64,000 nt of DNA from an uncultured Chloroflexia bacterium (GTDB lineage: Bacteria; Chloroflexota; Limnocylindria; Limnocylindrales; CSP1-4): contig CAWHSS010000002.1 of the NCBI GenBank assembly GCA_963832105.1, forward strand, positions 422,150 through 486,149. Reading direction: 5' to 3'. This document shows, in pieces, positions 9,554 to 21,104 of this stretch (the first letter of the stretch is position 1; each line of letters starts with the position of its first letter). The translations under genes and the position numbers were made by a program. Below the pieces are notes generated by a model. The model did no database searches. It was not told the DNA's origin and saw only the letters and a list, made by a program, of their open reading frames with translations.

Positions 9554-11016
9554 CGATCTCGTATGCGACACTGGAGTCCGTGACCGATCCAGCGTCGCAG
9601 GCCCCGTCGACCGATGGCGCCGCCGCTTCCGGACTGACCACCGACGACCTCGCGGGCGCCACGGGCGGCCGGGTTCTCGCGCGCTCCTCACGGATCGTGC
9701 TGGGGGCCGCGGTCGACTCCCGGGAGGTCGTCCCGGGCAACCTGTTCGTCGCCCTGCCCGGCGAGCGGACGGACGGCCATGCCTTCGTCGCCGAGGCTGT
9801 CGCCCGCGGTGCGGCGGCGGTCCTGGTCGCGCGCGAGCCCGAGGGCATCGACCTCGCCGCGGCCGGCGTGTCGGTCATCCAGGTCCCGGACACGCTGCGC
9901 GGGTTCCACGCGATCGCCGCGGCCTGGCGAGCCCGGTTCGATCCGCTCGTCGTCGGGGTGACCGGCAGCATCGCCAAGACGTCGACGAAGGAGGCGATCG
10001 CGACGGTCCTCGCGGGCGATCTCGTGACCCTCAAGAACGAGGGCAACCAGAACAACGAGGTCGGCCTGCCGCTGACGGTCATGCGGCTCCGGCCGGACCA
10101 CCAGGCGGCGGTCCTCGAGATGGGCATGTACGTCGGCGGCGAGATCGCGGACCTGGCCCGGATCGGGCGGCCGGAGATCGGCGTCGTCACCGCGGTGCAA
10201 CCGGTTCACCTGTCGCGGATCGGGACGATCGAGGCTGTCGAGCAGGCGAAGGGCGAGCTCGTCGAGGCGCTCCCGGCCGACGGCGTCGCTGTCCTCAATG
10301 CCGACGACGAGCGGGTCCGGCGGATGGCGTCGCGGACCGAGGCGCATGTCGTCACCTATGGCTTCGCGGCCGATGCCGGCGTGCGCGCGGAAGAGGTCGA
10401 GTCGGCCGGCACGGACGGCATGCGGTTCAGCCTCGTTGCCGACGGATCGCGACGACCGGTCACGATCCCGACGCTGGGCCGGCTCGCGGTCCACAACGCC
10501 CTGGCCGCCGCCGCGGTCGGCCTGGCGTCGGGTATCACGCCGGAACGGGTGGTCGCGGCGCTCGCCCGCGGCTGGTCGGCGCCCCATCGAGGCGCCCTCG
10601 TCGAGGCCGGGCGAGTGACGATCGTCGACGATTCGTACAACGCCTCGCCCGGATCGGTGATTGCGGCGCTTGATCTGCTTGCGGGGATGCCCGGCCGGCG
10701 GGTCGCCGTTCTCGGCGAGATGCTCGAGCTCGGGGATGGGGCGGAGGCGGGCCACGAGCGCGCGGGGGTCGCGGCCGCCGCCGTCGCCGAGCTCCTCGTG
10801 GTCGTGGGCGCGGGCGCGGCCGGGATCGCTCGCGGCGCGCGGGATGCGGGTCTTGCCGCCGAACACATCGTGGAGGTGGGCGACCGGGCCGAGGCGCTGG
10901 CGGCACTCGAGGAGCGGCTCCAGCCCGGCGACGTGGTCCTCGTCAAGGCCTCGCGTGGCATCGAGCTCGACCTGCTCGTCGATGAGCTGGTCAAGTCGCG
11001 GGGTACAAGCCGATGA
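9550..11016 (+). CDS. murF: UDP-MurNAc-tripeptide--D-Ala-D-Ala ligase (alternative start GTG 9580)
   Basis: VDSR, GVTGSIAKTSTKE, NNEVGLP, DDSYNASP, LGEMLELG, VKASRG. Confidence 0.95.
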   Translation: MTISYATLESVTDPASQAPSTDGAAASGLTTDDLAGATGGRVLARSSRIVLGAAVDSREVVPGNLFVALPGERTDGHAFVAEAVARGAAAVLVAREPEGIDLAAAGVSVIQVPDTLRGFHAIAAAWRARFDPLVVGVTGSIAKTSTKEAIATVLAGDLVTLKNEGNQNNEVGLPLTVMRLRPDHQAAVLEMGMYVGGEIADLARIGRPEIGVVTAVQPVHLSRIGTIEAVEQAKGELVEALPADGVAVLNADDERVRRMASRTEAHVVTYGFAADAGVRAEEVESAGTDGMRFSLVADGSRRPVTIPTLGRLAVHNALAAAAVGLASGITPERVVAALARGWSAPHRGALVEAGRVTIVDDSYNASPGSVIAALDLLAGMPGRRVAVLGEMLELGDGAEAGHERAGVAAAAVAELLVVVGAGAAGIARGARDAGLAAEHIVEVGDRAEALAALEERLQPGDVVLVKASRGIELDLLVDELVKSRGTSR

Positions 11017-11996
11017 CGATCGAGCTCATCCAGGGCCTGCTGCTCGCGTTCGCGATCGTCGTCATCCTCATGCCGCCGTACATCCGGCTGCTCCGGGCGA
11101 CCGGCTTCACGAAGCAGATCCGGGTCGAAGGCCCGGACAGCCACCAGGTCAAGCACGGGACGCCGACGATGGGCGGGCTGCTGCTGATCGTCGTCGTCAT
11201 CGCCCTGTTCCTGCTCCTGCGCGGCGTCCCGGAGGCCGGGATCAACGCCCCGCTGGCGGCCCTCGCGGGCGTCGGACTGCTCGGCGCGTTCGACGACTAC
11301 CTCAACGCGAAGACCGGCGAGGGGATCCGCGTCCGCCAGAAGCTGATCTGGCAGGTCGTCTTCGCGGTCGCGGCGGCGTTCCTCATCCAGCGGGTCTACG
11401 CGATCGACCAGATCGCCGTGCCGTTCCTCGGCCCCGTGTTCGTCGACCCGGCGATCTACGTCACGTTCGCGGCCTTCGCGATCGTCGCCGCGAGCAATGG
11501 CGTCAACATCACGGACGGCCTCGACGGCCTTGCCGGCGGCACGCTCGTGTTCGCGTTCGTCGCCTTCCTGCTCGTGGCGCTGCTCAACCAGCCGGACCCC
11601 CAGCCGAACCTCGCCTTCCTGTGCGCGCTGATCATCGGCGCGCTGCTCGGCTTCCTCTGGTTCAACGTCCATCCGGCCCAGATATTCATGGGCGATTCCG
11701 GGTCTCTCTCGCTCGGGGCGACGCTGGCGGTCATCGCCCTCATCACCGGCCAGATCCTCGTCCTGCCGCTGATCGGGCTGATCTTCGTCATCGAGACCGG
11801 CTCGGTCGTCCTCCAGGTTGCCTACTTCAAGGCCACCGGCGGGAAACGGCTGTTCCGGTTCACGCCGATCCACCACCACTTCGAGCTGGCCGGCTGGGAT
11901 GAGGAGAAGATCACGCTCCGCTTCTGGATCATCGGGATCCTGTCCGGGCTGCTCGGCGTGACGCTGTTCCTCGCCTCGATCCGGCAGCTCGAGTGA
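11013..11996 (+). CDS. mraY: Phospho-MurNAc-pentapeptide transferase
   Basis: KHGTPTMGG, NITDGLDGL, IFMGDSGS, PIHHHFEL. Confidence 0.97.
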   Translation: MTIELIQGLLLAFAIVVILMPPYIRLLRATGFTKQIRVEGPDSHQVKHGTPTMGGLLLIVVVIALFLLLRGVPEAGINAPLAALAGVGLLGAFDDYLNAKTGEGIRVRQKLIWQVVFAVAAAFLIQRVYAIDQIAVPFLGPVFVDPAIYVTFAAFAIVAASNGVNITDGLDGLAGGTLVFAFVAFLLVALLNQPDPQPNLAFLCALIIGALLGFLWFNVHPAQIFMGDSGSLSLGATLAVIALITGQILVLPLIGLIFVIETGSVVLQVAYFKATGGKRLFRFTPIHHHFELAGWDEEKITLRFWIIGILSGLLGVTLFLASIRQLE

Positions 11997-13510
11997 GCGC
12001 CACGATGACGACCGAACGGCCGATCGACCTCGACGCGCTGACGCTCGACGGCGTTCGCGCGGGAGACCTCCGCGGCCGGCCGGTGACGGTCCTCGGGCTG
12101 GCCCGGAGCGGGATCGCGCTGACCCGCTTCTTCGCCAACGCCGGCGCCGACGTCACGGTCTACGACGGCCGACCTGTCGCCGAGCTTGCCGACGCCATCG
12201 CGGCGCTCGAGGGGCGGCCGGCCCGGATTCTCGCCGGCCCGGACGTGGCCCCCGAGACGGCGTGGGCCGGCGCCGCCCTTGTCGCGACGTCGCCCTCGAT
12301 CAACCCCGACTACCCGACGACCGAACCGCGGCTGCGGGCTGCGCTCCAGGCGCTCGTCGCCGCTCACCGGGGCGGCGACCCGGCCGCGCCGGCCCTGGTC
12401 TCGGAGGCGGACCTGTTCCTGCGCCTCTGCCCGGCGCCGACGATCGGGGTGACGGGGACGAAGGGCAAGACGACGACGTCGTCGCTGATCGCCGCGATCC
12501 TCGCCGCGGATCCCGACCACCCGGTCGGTCCTGGGCGGGAACATCGGGATCCCGCTCGTGGAGCGGCTGCCCGAGCTCTCGCCGGAGCACCGCGTCGTCA
12601 TCGAGCTGTCCGAGCTGCAGCTGCCGACCCTGTCGCGCGGCACGACCGTCGCCGTCTACACGAACGTCACGTCCGACCATCTCGATCGCCACGGCTCGCT
12701 CGAGGGCTACCGCGCGGCGAAGCGCCGACTGGCGGAGCTCGTCGATCCGGACGGGGCGCTCGTCCTCAACGGCGACGACCCCGTGGTCGCGGCGTACGCC
12801 GCCGACGCCCGGGCGCGCGTGATCGTCTACCGGCTCGGCCCGCCGCCGCCCGGCGGTCGTCGGTGTCGAAGGGGAGTGGATCGTCGGCGATGGCGTCGGG
12901 CAGGTCATGCCCATCTCCGAGCTCGCGATCCCCGGTCGCCACAACGTCTCGAACGCGCTCGCCGCGGTGAGCGTCGGGCTCCACTTCGGGATCGCCGCGG
13001 ACGCGATCCGGCGAGCCGCCGGCGCGTTCACCGGCGTCGAGCACCGCCTCGAGCCGGTCATGATCCTCGACGGCATCCGCTTCATCAACGACTCGCAGGG
13101 CACGCAGCCTGATGCGGTCGTCGCCGCACTCCGCGCCTTCGACCCGCCGATCGTGCTGATCGCCGGTGGCCGCGACAAGGGCATCGACCTATCGGCGCTT
13201 GCCCCGGTCGTCGCCGAGCGGGCAGCGGCCGCGGTCCTCATCGGCGAGAGCGGGCCGGCCCTCGAGGCGATGTTCCGAGCGGCCGGACTCGAGGAGACGC
13301 GACGAGTCGGCGGCATGGACGAGGCCGTCCGCGTCGCTCACGCGCTGGCGCGTTCCATGCGCAAGGCCGGCGACTCCGCACGCAACCGTCCTGTTGAGCC
13401 CGGCTGCGGCGAGCTTCGACATGTTCGAGGACTACGCGGCACGAGGCCGGGCGTTCAGGGACGCGGTCGCCCGACTCAGCGATGAACGGCAACAGGAGTT
13501 CGAGGGATGA
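11993..13510 (+). CDS. murD: UDP-MurNAc-L-Ala--D-Glu ligase, about three frameshifts
   Basis: GLARSG, GTKGKTTT, ELSELQL, DHLDRH, GVEHRLE, NDSQGT, GGRDKG, LLSPAAASFDMF spread across frames. Confidence 0.92.
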
Positions 13511-14793
13511 GCGCGACGCTGCCGATCCCGCGCGCCGACGTCCGGTCCGCCCGCACCCCCGCCAAGCAGCGCACCGGGGCGCTGAAGCGCGAGCGCCACC
13601 AGGCCGACTACACGATCCTCGTCACGGTCATCGCCCTCGTCGCGATCGGCATCCTGATGGTCTACTCGTCGTCGGCCATGAAGGCCTATCTCGAGGATGA
13701 CGACACGCTCGGCATCGTCGGGCCCCAGATCGGCTGGGCGGCCCTCGGCGTCGCCGCGATGGCGACGATGATGCGGGTCGACTACCGCTACCTGCGGCTG
13801 ATCTCGGTGCCCGTCTACATCGTCGCCGTCGCGCTGCTGATCCTCGTCTTCGTGCCGAGCCTCAACATCGTCATCGGCGGGTCGGCTCGCTGGCTGAAGA
13901 TCGGGCCGCTGCCGGCGATCCATCCTGCCGAGATCGCGAAGCTCGCGATGGTCATCTATCTCGCCCACTGGTTCGCCAAGCGCGGAACGAAGATCAGCGG
14001 CTTCTGGTCGGGGACGGTTCCGTTCCTCGTCATCACCGCCCCGATCCTCGCGCTCGTCTTCCGCGAACCGGACCTCGGGACGACGATCGTCCTCGGCCTG
14101 ACCGCGATCACGATGTTCTACCTGGCGGGGGCCAACCTGGCCCACCTCGCTGCCATGGCGATCTTCGCCTTCTTCGCGGTGGTGGCGGCCGGCCTGCGCG
14201 GCTACCAGGTCGAGCGGATCCAGGCCTGGTTGAACCCGTGGGCGGACCCGATGGGCAAGGGCTTCCACACGATTCAGGGCCTGCTCGCCCTCGGCCTCGG
14301 CGGGCTCTTCGGGGCGGGATTGGGCGAGAGCCGGCTCGCGGGCGGCCTCTTCCTGCCGAACGCCAGCAACGACTACATCTTCGCGATCATCGGCGAGGAG
14401 TTCGGGTTGATCGGGGCGACGATGGTGATCGGCCTGTTCGTGCTGCTCGCGTACTCTGGCATCCGGGTGGCCCTCGCCGCGCCCGATACGTTCGGTGCGC
14501 TGCTCGCCGCGGGCATCACCGCCTGGCTCTGCATCCAGGCATTCATCAACATCGGCGTCGTCGTCGCGCTCATCCCGGTGACCGGCATCACGCTACCGTT
14601 CATCAGCGCCGGGGGCTCGTCGCTCACCATCAGCCTCGCGGCGGTCGGCATCCTGCTGTCGATCTCGCGAGAGACAGTCGAACGAGGAACCTGGAACGAT
14701 GCGCCTGCTGATCGCGGGCGGCGGCACGGGCGGGCACATCTACCCAGCCCTCGCCGTGGCCCGCTCGCTCCGCGATCGCCCGAACGCGCCTGA
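13507..14793 (+). CDS. ftsW: SEDS peptidoglycan glycosyltransferase FtsW
   Basis: Multi-TM. ARWL, PAEIAK, PDLGT, DYIFAIIGEEFG, GITLPFISAGGSS. Confidence 0.95.
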   Translation: MSATLPIPRADVRSARTPAKQRTGALKRERHQADYTILVTVIALVAIGILMVYSSSAMKAYLEDDDTLGIVGPQIGWAALGVAAMATMMRVDYRYLRLISVPVYIVAVALLILVFVPSLNIVIGGSARWLKIGPLPAIHPAEIAKLAMVIYLAHWFAKRGTKISGFWSGTVPFLVITAPILALVFREPDLGTTIVLGLTAITMFYLAGANLAHLAAMAIFAFFAVVAAGLRGYQVERIQAWLNPWADPMGKGFHTIQGLLALGLGGLFGAGLGESRLAGGLFLPNASNDYIFAIIGEEFGLIGATMVIGLFVLLAYSGIRVALAAPDTFGALLAAGITAWLCIQAFINIGVVVALIPVTGITLPFISAGGSSLTISLAAVGILLSISRETVERGTWNDAPADRGRRHGRAHLPSPRRGPLAPRSPERA

Positions 14794-15853
14794 GCTCGCC
14801 TGGCTCGGCGGCCACCGTGGATTGGAGGCCTCCCTCGTGCGGGCGGCAGGAATCCCGGTGCGCCGGCTCGCGCTTCGTTCGCTCCGATCGGTCGACATGA
14901 GCGTCCACGCGGTCCTCGACCCGATCCGCCTCGGGGTGTCCGTGCCGCAGGCCGCCGCCATCCTCGCCCGGGAGCGACCGGCCGCGATCTTCACGACCGG
15001 CGGCTACGTCGCGGTGCCGACGCTCATGGCCGCCGCCCCGCTGCGGATCCCCGTCGTCCTCTGGGACGGCAACGTCGTGCCGGGTCGGGCGGTCCGGCTG
15101 ACGGCGCGGCTGGCCGACGCGATCGCCGTGTCGCACGAGGCGACCGGACGAGCACTCGCCCGAGCCGGCGCGCCGTGGTTCCTGACGGGGACGCCGATCC
15201 GGGACGTGACCGCGATCAACCGCGACGAGGCGCGGGCCCGGCTCGAGCTCCCGCCGGACGCCCGGGTCATGCTGATCTTCGGTGGCTCCCAGGCGGTCCG
15301 CCGGTTCAACGCCGCCGTCACCGACGCGCTGCCGCGGCTCGTCGAGCGGGGCCACATCCTGCACGTGACCGGCGACGAGGCATACGCGGAGGCCCTCGCC
15401 GCTCGCGGCCGCCTGCCCGCCGACCAGCAGCCGCGCTACCGGCCATATCCGTTCCTGCGCGAGGACATGCTGCCGGCGCTCGTCGCCGCGGACCTCGTCG
15501 TCGGGCGGGCGGGGTCGTCGACGCTCGCGGAAGTCACGGCCCTCGGAATCCCGTCGGTCATCGTCCCGTACCCGCACGCGGCGGGCCACCAGACCGCGAA
15601 CGCCAAGGTCCTCGCCGAGGCGGGCGGGGCGCGGCTGATCCCGGACGAGGCCTTCGACGCCGACGCCCTCGTGGAGGCGGCCGACCTGCTTGCCGACGAC
15701 GCCGCCCGGGCCCGGATGGCGGACGCCGCCCGGCTCTTCGGCCGGCCCGGAGCGTCGGAGGCGGTCGCCGAGCTCGTCATCGCCGCAGCCGAACGCCGGC
15801 CGTGGCCCGATGCCGCCGAGATCGAGCGCCTGTCGCGCGGGGCGGCCCGATGA
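14699..15853 (+). CDS. murG: Lipid II GlcNAc transferase
   Basis: AGGGTGGHIYP, GGYV, GGSQA, RAGSSTLAE, HQTANA. Confidence 0.96.
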   Translation: MRLLIAGGGTGGHIYPALAVARSLRDRPNAPELAWLGGHRGLEASLVRAAGIPVRRLALRSLRSVDMSVHAVLDPIRLGVSVPQAAAILARERPAAIFTTGGYVAVPTLMAAAPLRIPVVLWDGNVVPGRAVRLTARLADAIAVSHEATGRALARAGAPWFLTGTPIRDVTAINRDEARARLELPPDARVMLIFGGSQAVRRFNAAVTDALPRLVERGHILHVTGDEAYAEALAARGRLPADQQPRYRPYPFLREDMLPALVAADLVVGRAGSSTLAEVTALGIPSVIVPYPHAAGHQTANAKVLAEAGGARLIPDEAFDADALVEAADLLADDAARARMADAARLFGRPGASEAVAELVIAAAERRPWPDAAEIERLSRGAAR

Positions 15854-16813
15854 CGGCCGCCGACGGAGAGCGGCTTCGACCCGATCGCGATCGGGACCGC
15901 CATCCAGCGCCGGATCGGGGTGAAGACCGTCCGCGACGAGCCGCTCGCGCGGTTCACGACGATGCGCGTCGGCGGCCCGGCAGACCTCTTCGCGACCGTC
16001 CACAACGTCCACGAGCTCCGCGCGCTCATCCGCTTCGCCCGGAGCCGGGAGCTGCCGCACACGCTCCTCGGGCGGGGGAGCAACGTCGTCATCGCCGATG
16101 CCGGGATCCGCGGCCTCGTCATCCAGGACCGGGCCGAGGGATCGAAGGTCGACGGCGACCGCTACACGGCAGAGGCGGGCGTCCCGATGGCCCGCGCGGC
16201 GACCGAGACGCAGAAGGCCGGGCTGTCCGGCCTGGAGTTCGGGCTCGCGATCCCGGGCACGGTCGGTGGCGCGGTCTGGGCGAACGCGGGTGCGCACGAG
16301 AACGACGTCGCGGCGGTCCTCGAGTCGGCGGACGTGCTGCTGGCCGACGGGACGGAGGCGCGCCTCGACGCCCCGCAGCTCGACCTCGGCTATCGCCACA
16401 GCCGCTTCAAGGTGCCGATCGCCGAGGGCGCGCCGGCCGACCTCGTCCTCGGGGCGACGTTCCGCCTCACCGCGGAGCCCGCCGAGGTGATCAAGAGCCG
16501 GCTCGACGACATCCGCCGCTGGCGCCAGGCCCACCAGCCGCTCGGGCTGCCGTCGGCCGGCAGCGTGTTCCGGAATCCTACCGACGGCCCGTCGGCCGGC
16601 GAGATCATCGACGGCCTCGGCCTCAAGGGTCTCCGGATCGGTGGCGCGGTCGTGTCCGAGAAGCACGCCAACTTCATCGTCAACGACCAGAAGGGGACTG
16701 CCGCCGACGTCCGCGCCCTCGGCGAGCGGGTCCGGGCCGAGGTCCTCGAGCGCACGGGCACGGACCTCGAGTTCGAGATCGTCTTCCTCGGCGACTGGGC
16801 CGACCCGTCGTGA
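15850..16813 (+). CDS. murB: UDP-N-acetylmuramate dehydrogenase (probable indel in the first codons)
   Basis: TTMRVGGPA, LGRGSNV, IPGTVGGAVWANAGA, PSAGSVFRNP, SEKHANF. Confidence 0.95.
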
Positions 16814-17928
16814 CGGCCCGTCCGCCCGTGGTCGTCCTGCTCGGCGGCCCGTCAGCCGAGCACGACGTTTCGATCGTGTCGGGCACGGCGATCGCCGAGG
16901 CGCTCGCCGGAGCGGGCCTCGACGTCGAGCAGGTGCTCATCGATCTCGACGGCGCCTGGTGGCGGCTGCCGGCGGACCATCGGCGCGAGGACCGGGCGCC
17001 GGCCGACTACGACGACCCCCGTGCCGTCGCCGCCGCCGGTCCGGAGACCGTCGGAGCCGCCGTGGACCGCCTCGCGGCCGCGACGCCGCAACCGGTCGTC
17101 TTCATCGCCCTCCACGGCCCGTTCGGCGAGGACGGCACGGTCCAGGCGCTCCTCGAGGCGGCGGGCGTTGCCTACACGGGATCCGGCGTGACCGCCTCCG
17201 CGCTCGGGATGGACAAGGCCGTCTTCAAGCGGCTCGCCCGCGGCATCGGCCTGCCCGTCGCCGACTGGCGCGAGGTCCGGGCCGCTCGCTGGGCCGCGGA
17301 CCGGGCGGCCGTCCTCGCCGAGCTCGAGGCGTTCGCTGCCGGGACCGGCGACCCGCGGCTCATGGTCAAGCCGTCGCGGCTCGGCTCGTCGGTCGGGATC
17401 ACCCTCGCCCACGCTCCCGAGGAGTACGGATCGGCGCTCGACGAGGCGTTCCGCTTCGACAACGTCGCCCTCGCCGAGGCGTACCTCGCGGGCGCCCGGG
17501 ACCTCGAGGTCAGCGTCATCGGCAACGATCACGCCCGCCTCGAGTTGTTCGGCCCGGGTGAGATCGTCGCGGGCCACGAGTTCTACGACTTCGCCGCGAA
17601 GTACACGCCGGGGCTGTCGGAGACGTCGCTGCGGGCGGAGGTCTCGGCGGCGACGCGGGCGTCGATGCTGAAGATCGCCCGCGACGCGTACCGGGCGATC
17701 GGAGCCGAGGGCTTCGCCCGGGTCGACTTCCTGCTCCGCGGCGACGAGATCTTCCTCTCGGAGATCAACACGATCCCGGGCTTCACCCCGATCAGCCTCT
17801 TCCCGACGATGCCGGCGGAGGGCGGCTACTCGTTCGCCGACGTCTGCCTGAAGGTCGTCGACCTCGCGATCGAGCGCCACGCGGCGGCCAGCGGCGGGCG
17901 GCTCGCGCCGTCGGACCTGCCGCGATGA
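16810..17928 (+). CDS. ddl: D-alanine--D-alanine ligase
   Basis: GGPSAEHDVS, LHGPFGEDG, MDK, GSSVG, YDFAAKY, EINTIPGFT. Confidence 0.96.
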   Translation: MTARPPVVVLLGGPSAEHDVSIVSGTAIAEALAGAGLDVEQVLIDLDGAWWRLPADHRREDRAPADYDDPRAVAAAGPETVGAAVDRLAAATPQPVVFIALHGPFGEDGTVQALLEAAGVAYTGSGVTASALGMDKAVFKRLARGIGLPVADWREVRAARWAADRAAVLAELEAFAAGTGDPRLMVKPSRLGSSVGITLAHAPEEYGSALDEAFRFDNVALAEAYLAGARDLEVSVIGNDHARLELFGPGEIVAGHEFYDFAAKYTPGLSETSLRAEVSAATRASMLKIARDAYRAIGAEGFARVDFLLRGDEIFLSEINTIPGFTPISLFPTMPAEGGYSFADVCLKVVDLAIERHAAASGGRLAPSDLPR

Positions 17929-18835
17929 CCGCGATGGCCGCCGTGACGGGTCCGGCGACCCGCGCAACTCCGGGGACGTGAGCGCGGTGACCCAACGAAC
18001 GTTCCGCAGAGCCGGTGGCCCGGGACGTCGGACGCGCCCGATCCGGCGGGCGTCGGCCGGCCTGACCCCGACCCGCGCCGGGGCGGCCCTCGCGATGCTG
18101 GTCTCCGCCCTGGCGGTCTACGGCCTGTCCGCGACGTCGGCCTTCGGGTTCGCCCGGCTCGAGATCGACGGGAACGACGATCACGGCCGAGACTGCGGTC
18201 CGGGAACGCCTCGAGCTGGCAGGCGGCGAGAACCTGTTCGAGATCGCCACCGAGCCGCTCGAGGCCCGCATCCGCGAGATACCCGCGGTCGCGGCCGTCG
18301 AGATCTCGCTCGGGCTTGCCCGACACCGTGGCCGTCCGGATCGAGGAGCGCGTGCCGATCCTCGTGTGGAAGGTCGGGTGTCCGCAGCCTCCTCGTCGAC
18401 ACCACCGGCCTGCTCTTCGCGCGGCTCGACAAGTCGCCGCCGGCGTTTGTCGCCGACCTGCCGGTCATCGCCGACGATCGCGCCGAAATCGACGAAGCTC
18501 CGGGTCGGCCACACGCTCAACCCCGTCGATCTCGACGCCGCGACCCGCCTGGCGTCGCTGACGCCCGCCGCGGTCGGCAGCGCCGCGACAGGGCTGTCAG
18601 TCGGGGTGACCGACGGCAACGGCTTCGTGCTCAGCTCCGTTCCGGAGAGCTGGGTCGCGGTGTTCGGCTTCTACACGCTCGAGCCTGCGCACGACCGACC
18701 TCGTCCCGGGCCAGGTCCAGGCGCTGCGGGAGCTGCTGATCAGGGTGGGCGAGCCGACGGTCGCGACGGTCATCCTCGCCGACGACAACGACCGGGGTCT
18801 ACGTGCCCAAGCCGTCGGCCGCGCCCGCGCCGTGA
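17925..18835 (+). CDS. ftsQ: FtsQ/DivIB POTRA-domain protein, multiple frameshifts
   Basis: Basic N-terminus, TM, GENLFEI...PDTVAVRIEERVP POTRA-like segment. Follows ddl. Confidence 0.8.
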
Positions 18836-18929
18836 GGCCATCGGTGGCGGACGAGGCGGGCTCGGGTTGCCGCTGTTCGCTCGCGTCGAGTAGCCTTGCT
18901 CAAACGCACCGGATTGAGGGCGGCGCCGA

Positions 18930-19253
18930 GTGTTCTTACCCCTGGCGGGTCTCCTCGTGGGCGTTCTCGCCGGTCTCGTCCTCGACGTCAATGTCAGTTT
19001 CGAGTTCAGCCGCTACTCGGCCGTTGCGATCCTCGCGGCGCTCGACTCGGTCCTCGGGGCTGTCCGGGCCGAGCTCGACGGCGTCTATGACAATCGGATC
19101 TTCATCAGCGGGTTCATCGCGAATGCGATCGTTGCGGTCATCCTCACGTTCATCGGCGACCGGCTCAGCATCGATCTCTATCTGGTGGCGCTGATCACCT
19201 TCGGGTTCAGGATCTTCAACAACGTGGCGCTCATCCGGCGCCACTTCGTGTAG
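18930..19253 (+). CDS. Small basic protein, DUF1290 (Sbp) family
   Basis: YSAVAILAALDSVLGAVRA...FISGF...FGFRIFNNVALIRRH. Confidence 0.85.
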   Translation: MFLPLAGLLVGVLAGLVLDVNVSFEFSRYSAVAILAALDSVLGAVRAELDGVYDNRIFISGFIANAIVAVILTFIGDRLSIDLYLVALITFGFRIFNNVALIRRHFV

Positions 19254-19274
19254 CGGGAGGTACGGACGACGGCG

Positions 19275-20508
19275 GTGGAGAGAGAAGCGGTCCTCGTCGG
19301 GGTCGACGTCGGCACGTCCAAGGTCTGCACGCTCATCGGCGAGGTGAGCCGCGACGGCCGGCTGACGATCATGGGCCACGGGACCGTCCCGTCGTCTGGG
19401 CTCAAGAAGGGCGTCGTCGTCAACATCGACCAGACGGTCCGATCGATCGCCGAATCGGTCGAGCGGGCGGAGCGACTGTCGGGCTGGAAGATCGACCGGG
19501 CGTTCGTCGCCGTCGGCGGCCAGCACGTCGAGAGCCTGAACTCGCCCGGCCAGGTCGCCGTCAGCGGCCAGCGCAAGGAAGTCACCCGCGAGGACGTCAA
19601 TCGCGCCATCGAGGTCGCCCGGGCGGTGTCGATCCCGTCGAACCAGGAGGTCCTCCACGTCGAGCGACGGGGCTTCAAGGTCGACGGCCAGGAGGGCGTC
19701 AAGGACCCGCTCGGGATGAGCGCGCTCCGGCTCGAGGTCGAGGTCCACATCGTCACGGGCTCCGCGACCGCGGTCCAGAACCTCTCGAAGTGCGTCAACG
19801 CGGCCGGGGTCAAGATCGACGAGCTCGTCGCGTCGGGTCTTGCGTCGGCCGAGGCCGTCCTGTCCGAGACCGAGAAGGAGCTGGGCGTCGCGGTCGCCGA
19901 CATGGGCGCCGGGACGATCGACCTCGCGATGTTCGCGGACGGGTCGCCGTTCCGGACCGCCGTCCTGCCCGTCGGCGGCAACAACGTCACGAACGATGTC
20001 GCGATCGGCCTCAAGACGAGCCTCCAGGTGGCCGAGGAGCTGAAGATCGAGCACGGGACCTGCAGCCTCGCCTCGGTCGGCGAGGACGAGGAGATCAGCG
20101 TGTCCGTCCTCGGCGAGGAGGCGGGCCGGACGATCCAGCGACTCGAGGTCTGCCAGATCATCGAGGCCCGGATGCGCGAGACGTTCGAGTTCGTGCGGGG
20201 CGAGATGGCCCGGGCGGGAAGCGGGATGCTGCCGGCCGGGATCGTCCTCACCGGTGGCGCGGCGCAGCTCGCGGGCACGGCCGAGCTGGCCCGCGACGTC
20301 CTGCAGATCCCAGTCCGGGTGGCGGCGCCGGCGGGAATCGGCGGGCTGGTCGACACGCTCCTGAACCCGAGCTACTCGACGGCGGTCGGGCTGCTCCAGT
20401 GGGGCGCCGGATCGCTGGCGGGCGGCGAGCCGCTGCGCTACGAATCGGCGCCGGCGATGGGTGGCCTGGGCCGGATCCGGGACGCGCTGCGCAGTCATCT
20501 TCCCGTGA
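19275..20508 (+). CDS. ftsA: Cell division protein FtsA (indel in the last codons; true end probably ...DALRSIFP*)
   Basis: GVDVGTSKV, GLKKGVVVNI, DMGAGT, GGNNVTND, VLTGG, C-terminal amphipathic helix. Confidence 0.95.
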
Positions 20509-20690
20509 GCGTCCGCCGCCCCGCTTGCGCGGATCTCGCCCACGAGCACATCGACCGAGTTGGACGCGTCCGAACCCCGATTCGGCCGCCTAAGCTCGAA
20601 TCGTGTCGATTTGGCTCACCCGGTGAGAATCCTCGCATTCAGGCCGGATAGGCTCGCTCGTCGCATGTGCTCGCCCGACGAGATCCGCGC

Positions 20691-21096
20691 ATGAAGACAA
20701 CCGAGCTTACCGATCCGGACCGGCACCGAACCGAGTCTCACCGACCTCACGCCTGCCTGCGCGCGCTTCGTCGAGGGCGAAGGCGACGGACTCTTGAGCG
20801 TGTTCGTGCCGCACGCGACGGCCGGGCTCGTGATCGTCGAGCTCGGTGCCGGGTCCGACGTCGACCTGCTCGACGCGCTCGACCGGCTCCTGCCGCGCGA
20901 CGATCGCTGGGTCCACCGGCACGGCTCACCCGGCCACGGTGCCGATCATGTCGTCCCGCTGCTTGCCTCGGCCTCCGTCACGGTTCCGGTCGTGGACGGT
21001 CAGCTGGCGCTCGGCACATGGCAGTCGATCGCGCTCCTCGACCCGAACCGCGACAACCCGACCCGGACGGTTCGACTGAGCTTCCTCGCGGGCTGA
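20691..21096 (+). CDS. yjbQ: YjbQ/UPF0047 family protein, frameshifted 5' end
   Basis: VFVPHATAGL, HRHGSPGHGADH, LGTWQSI. Confidence 0.85.
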
Positions 21097-21104
21097 ACCC
21101 GCGA

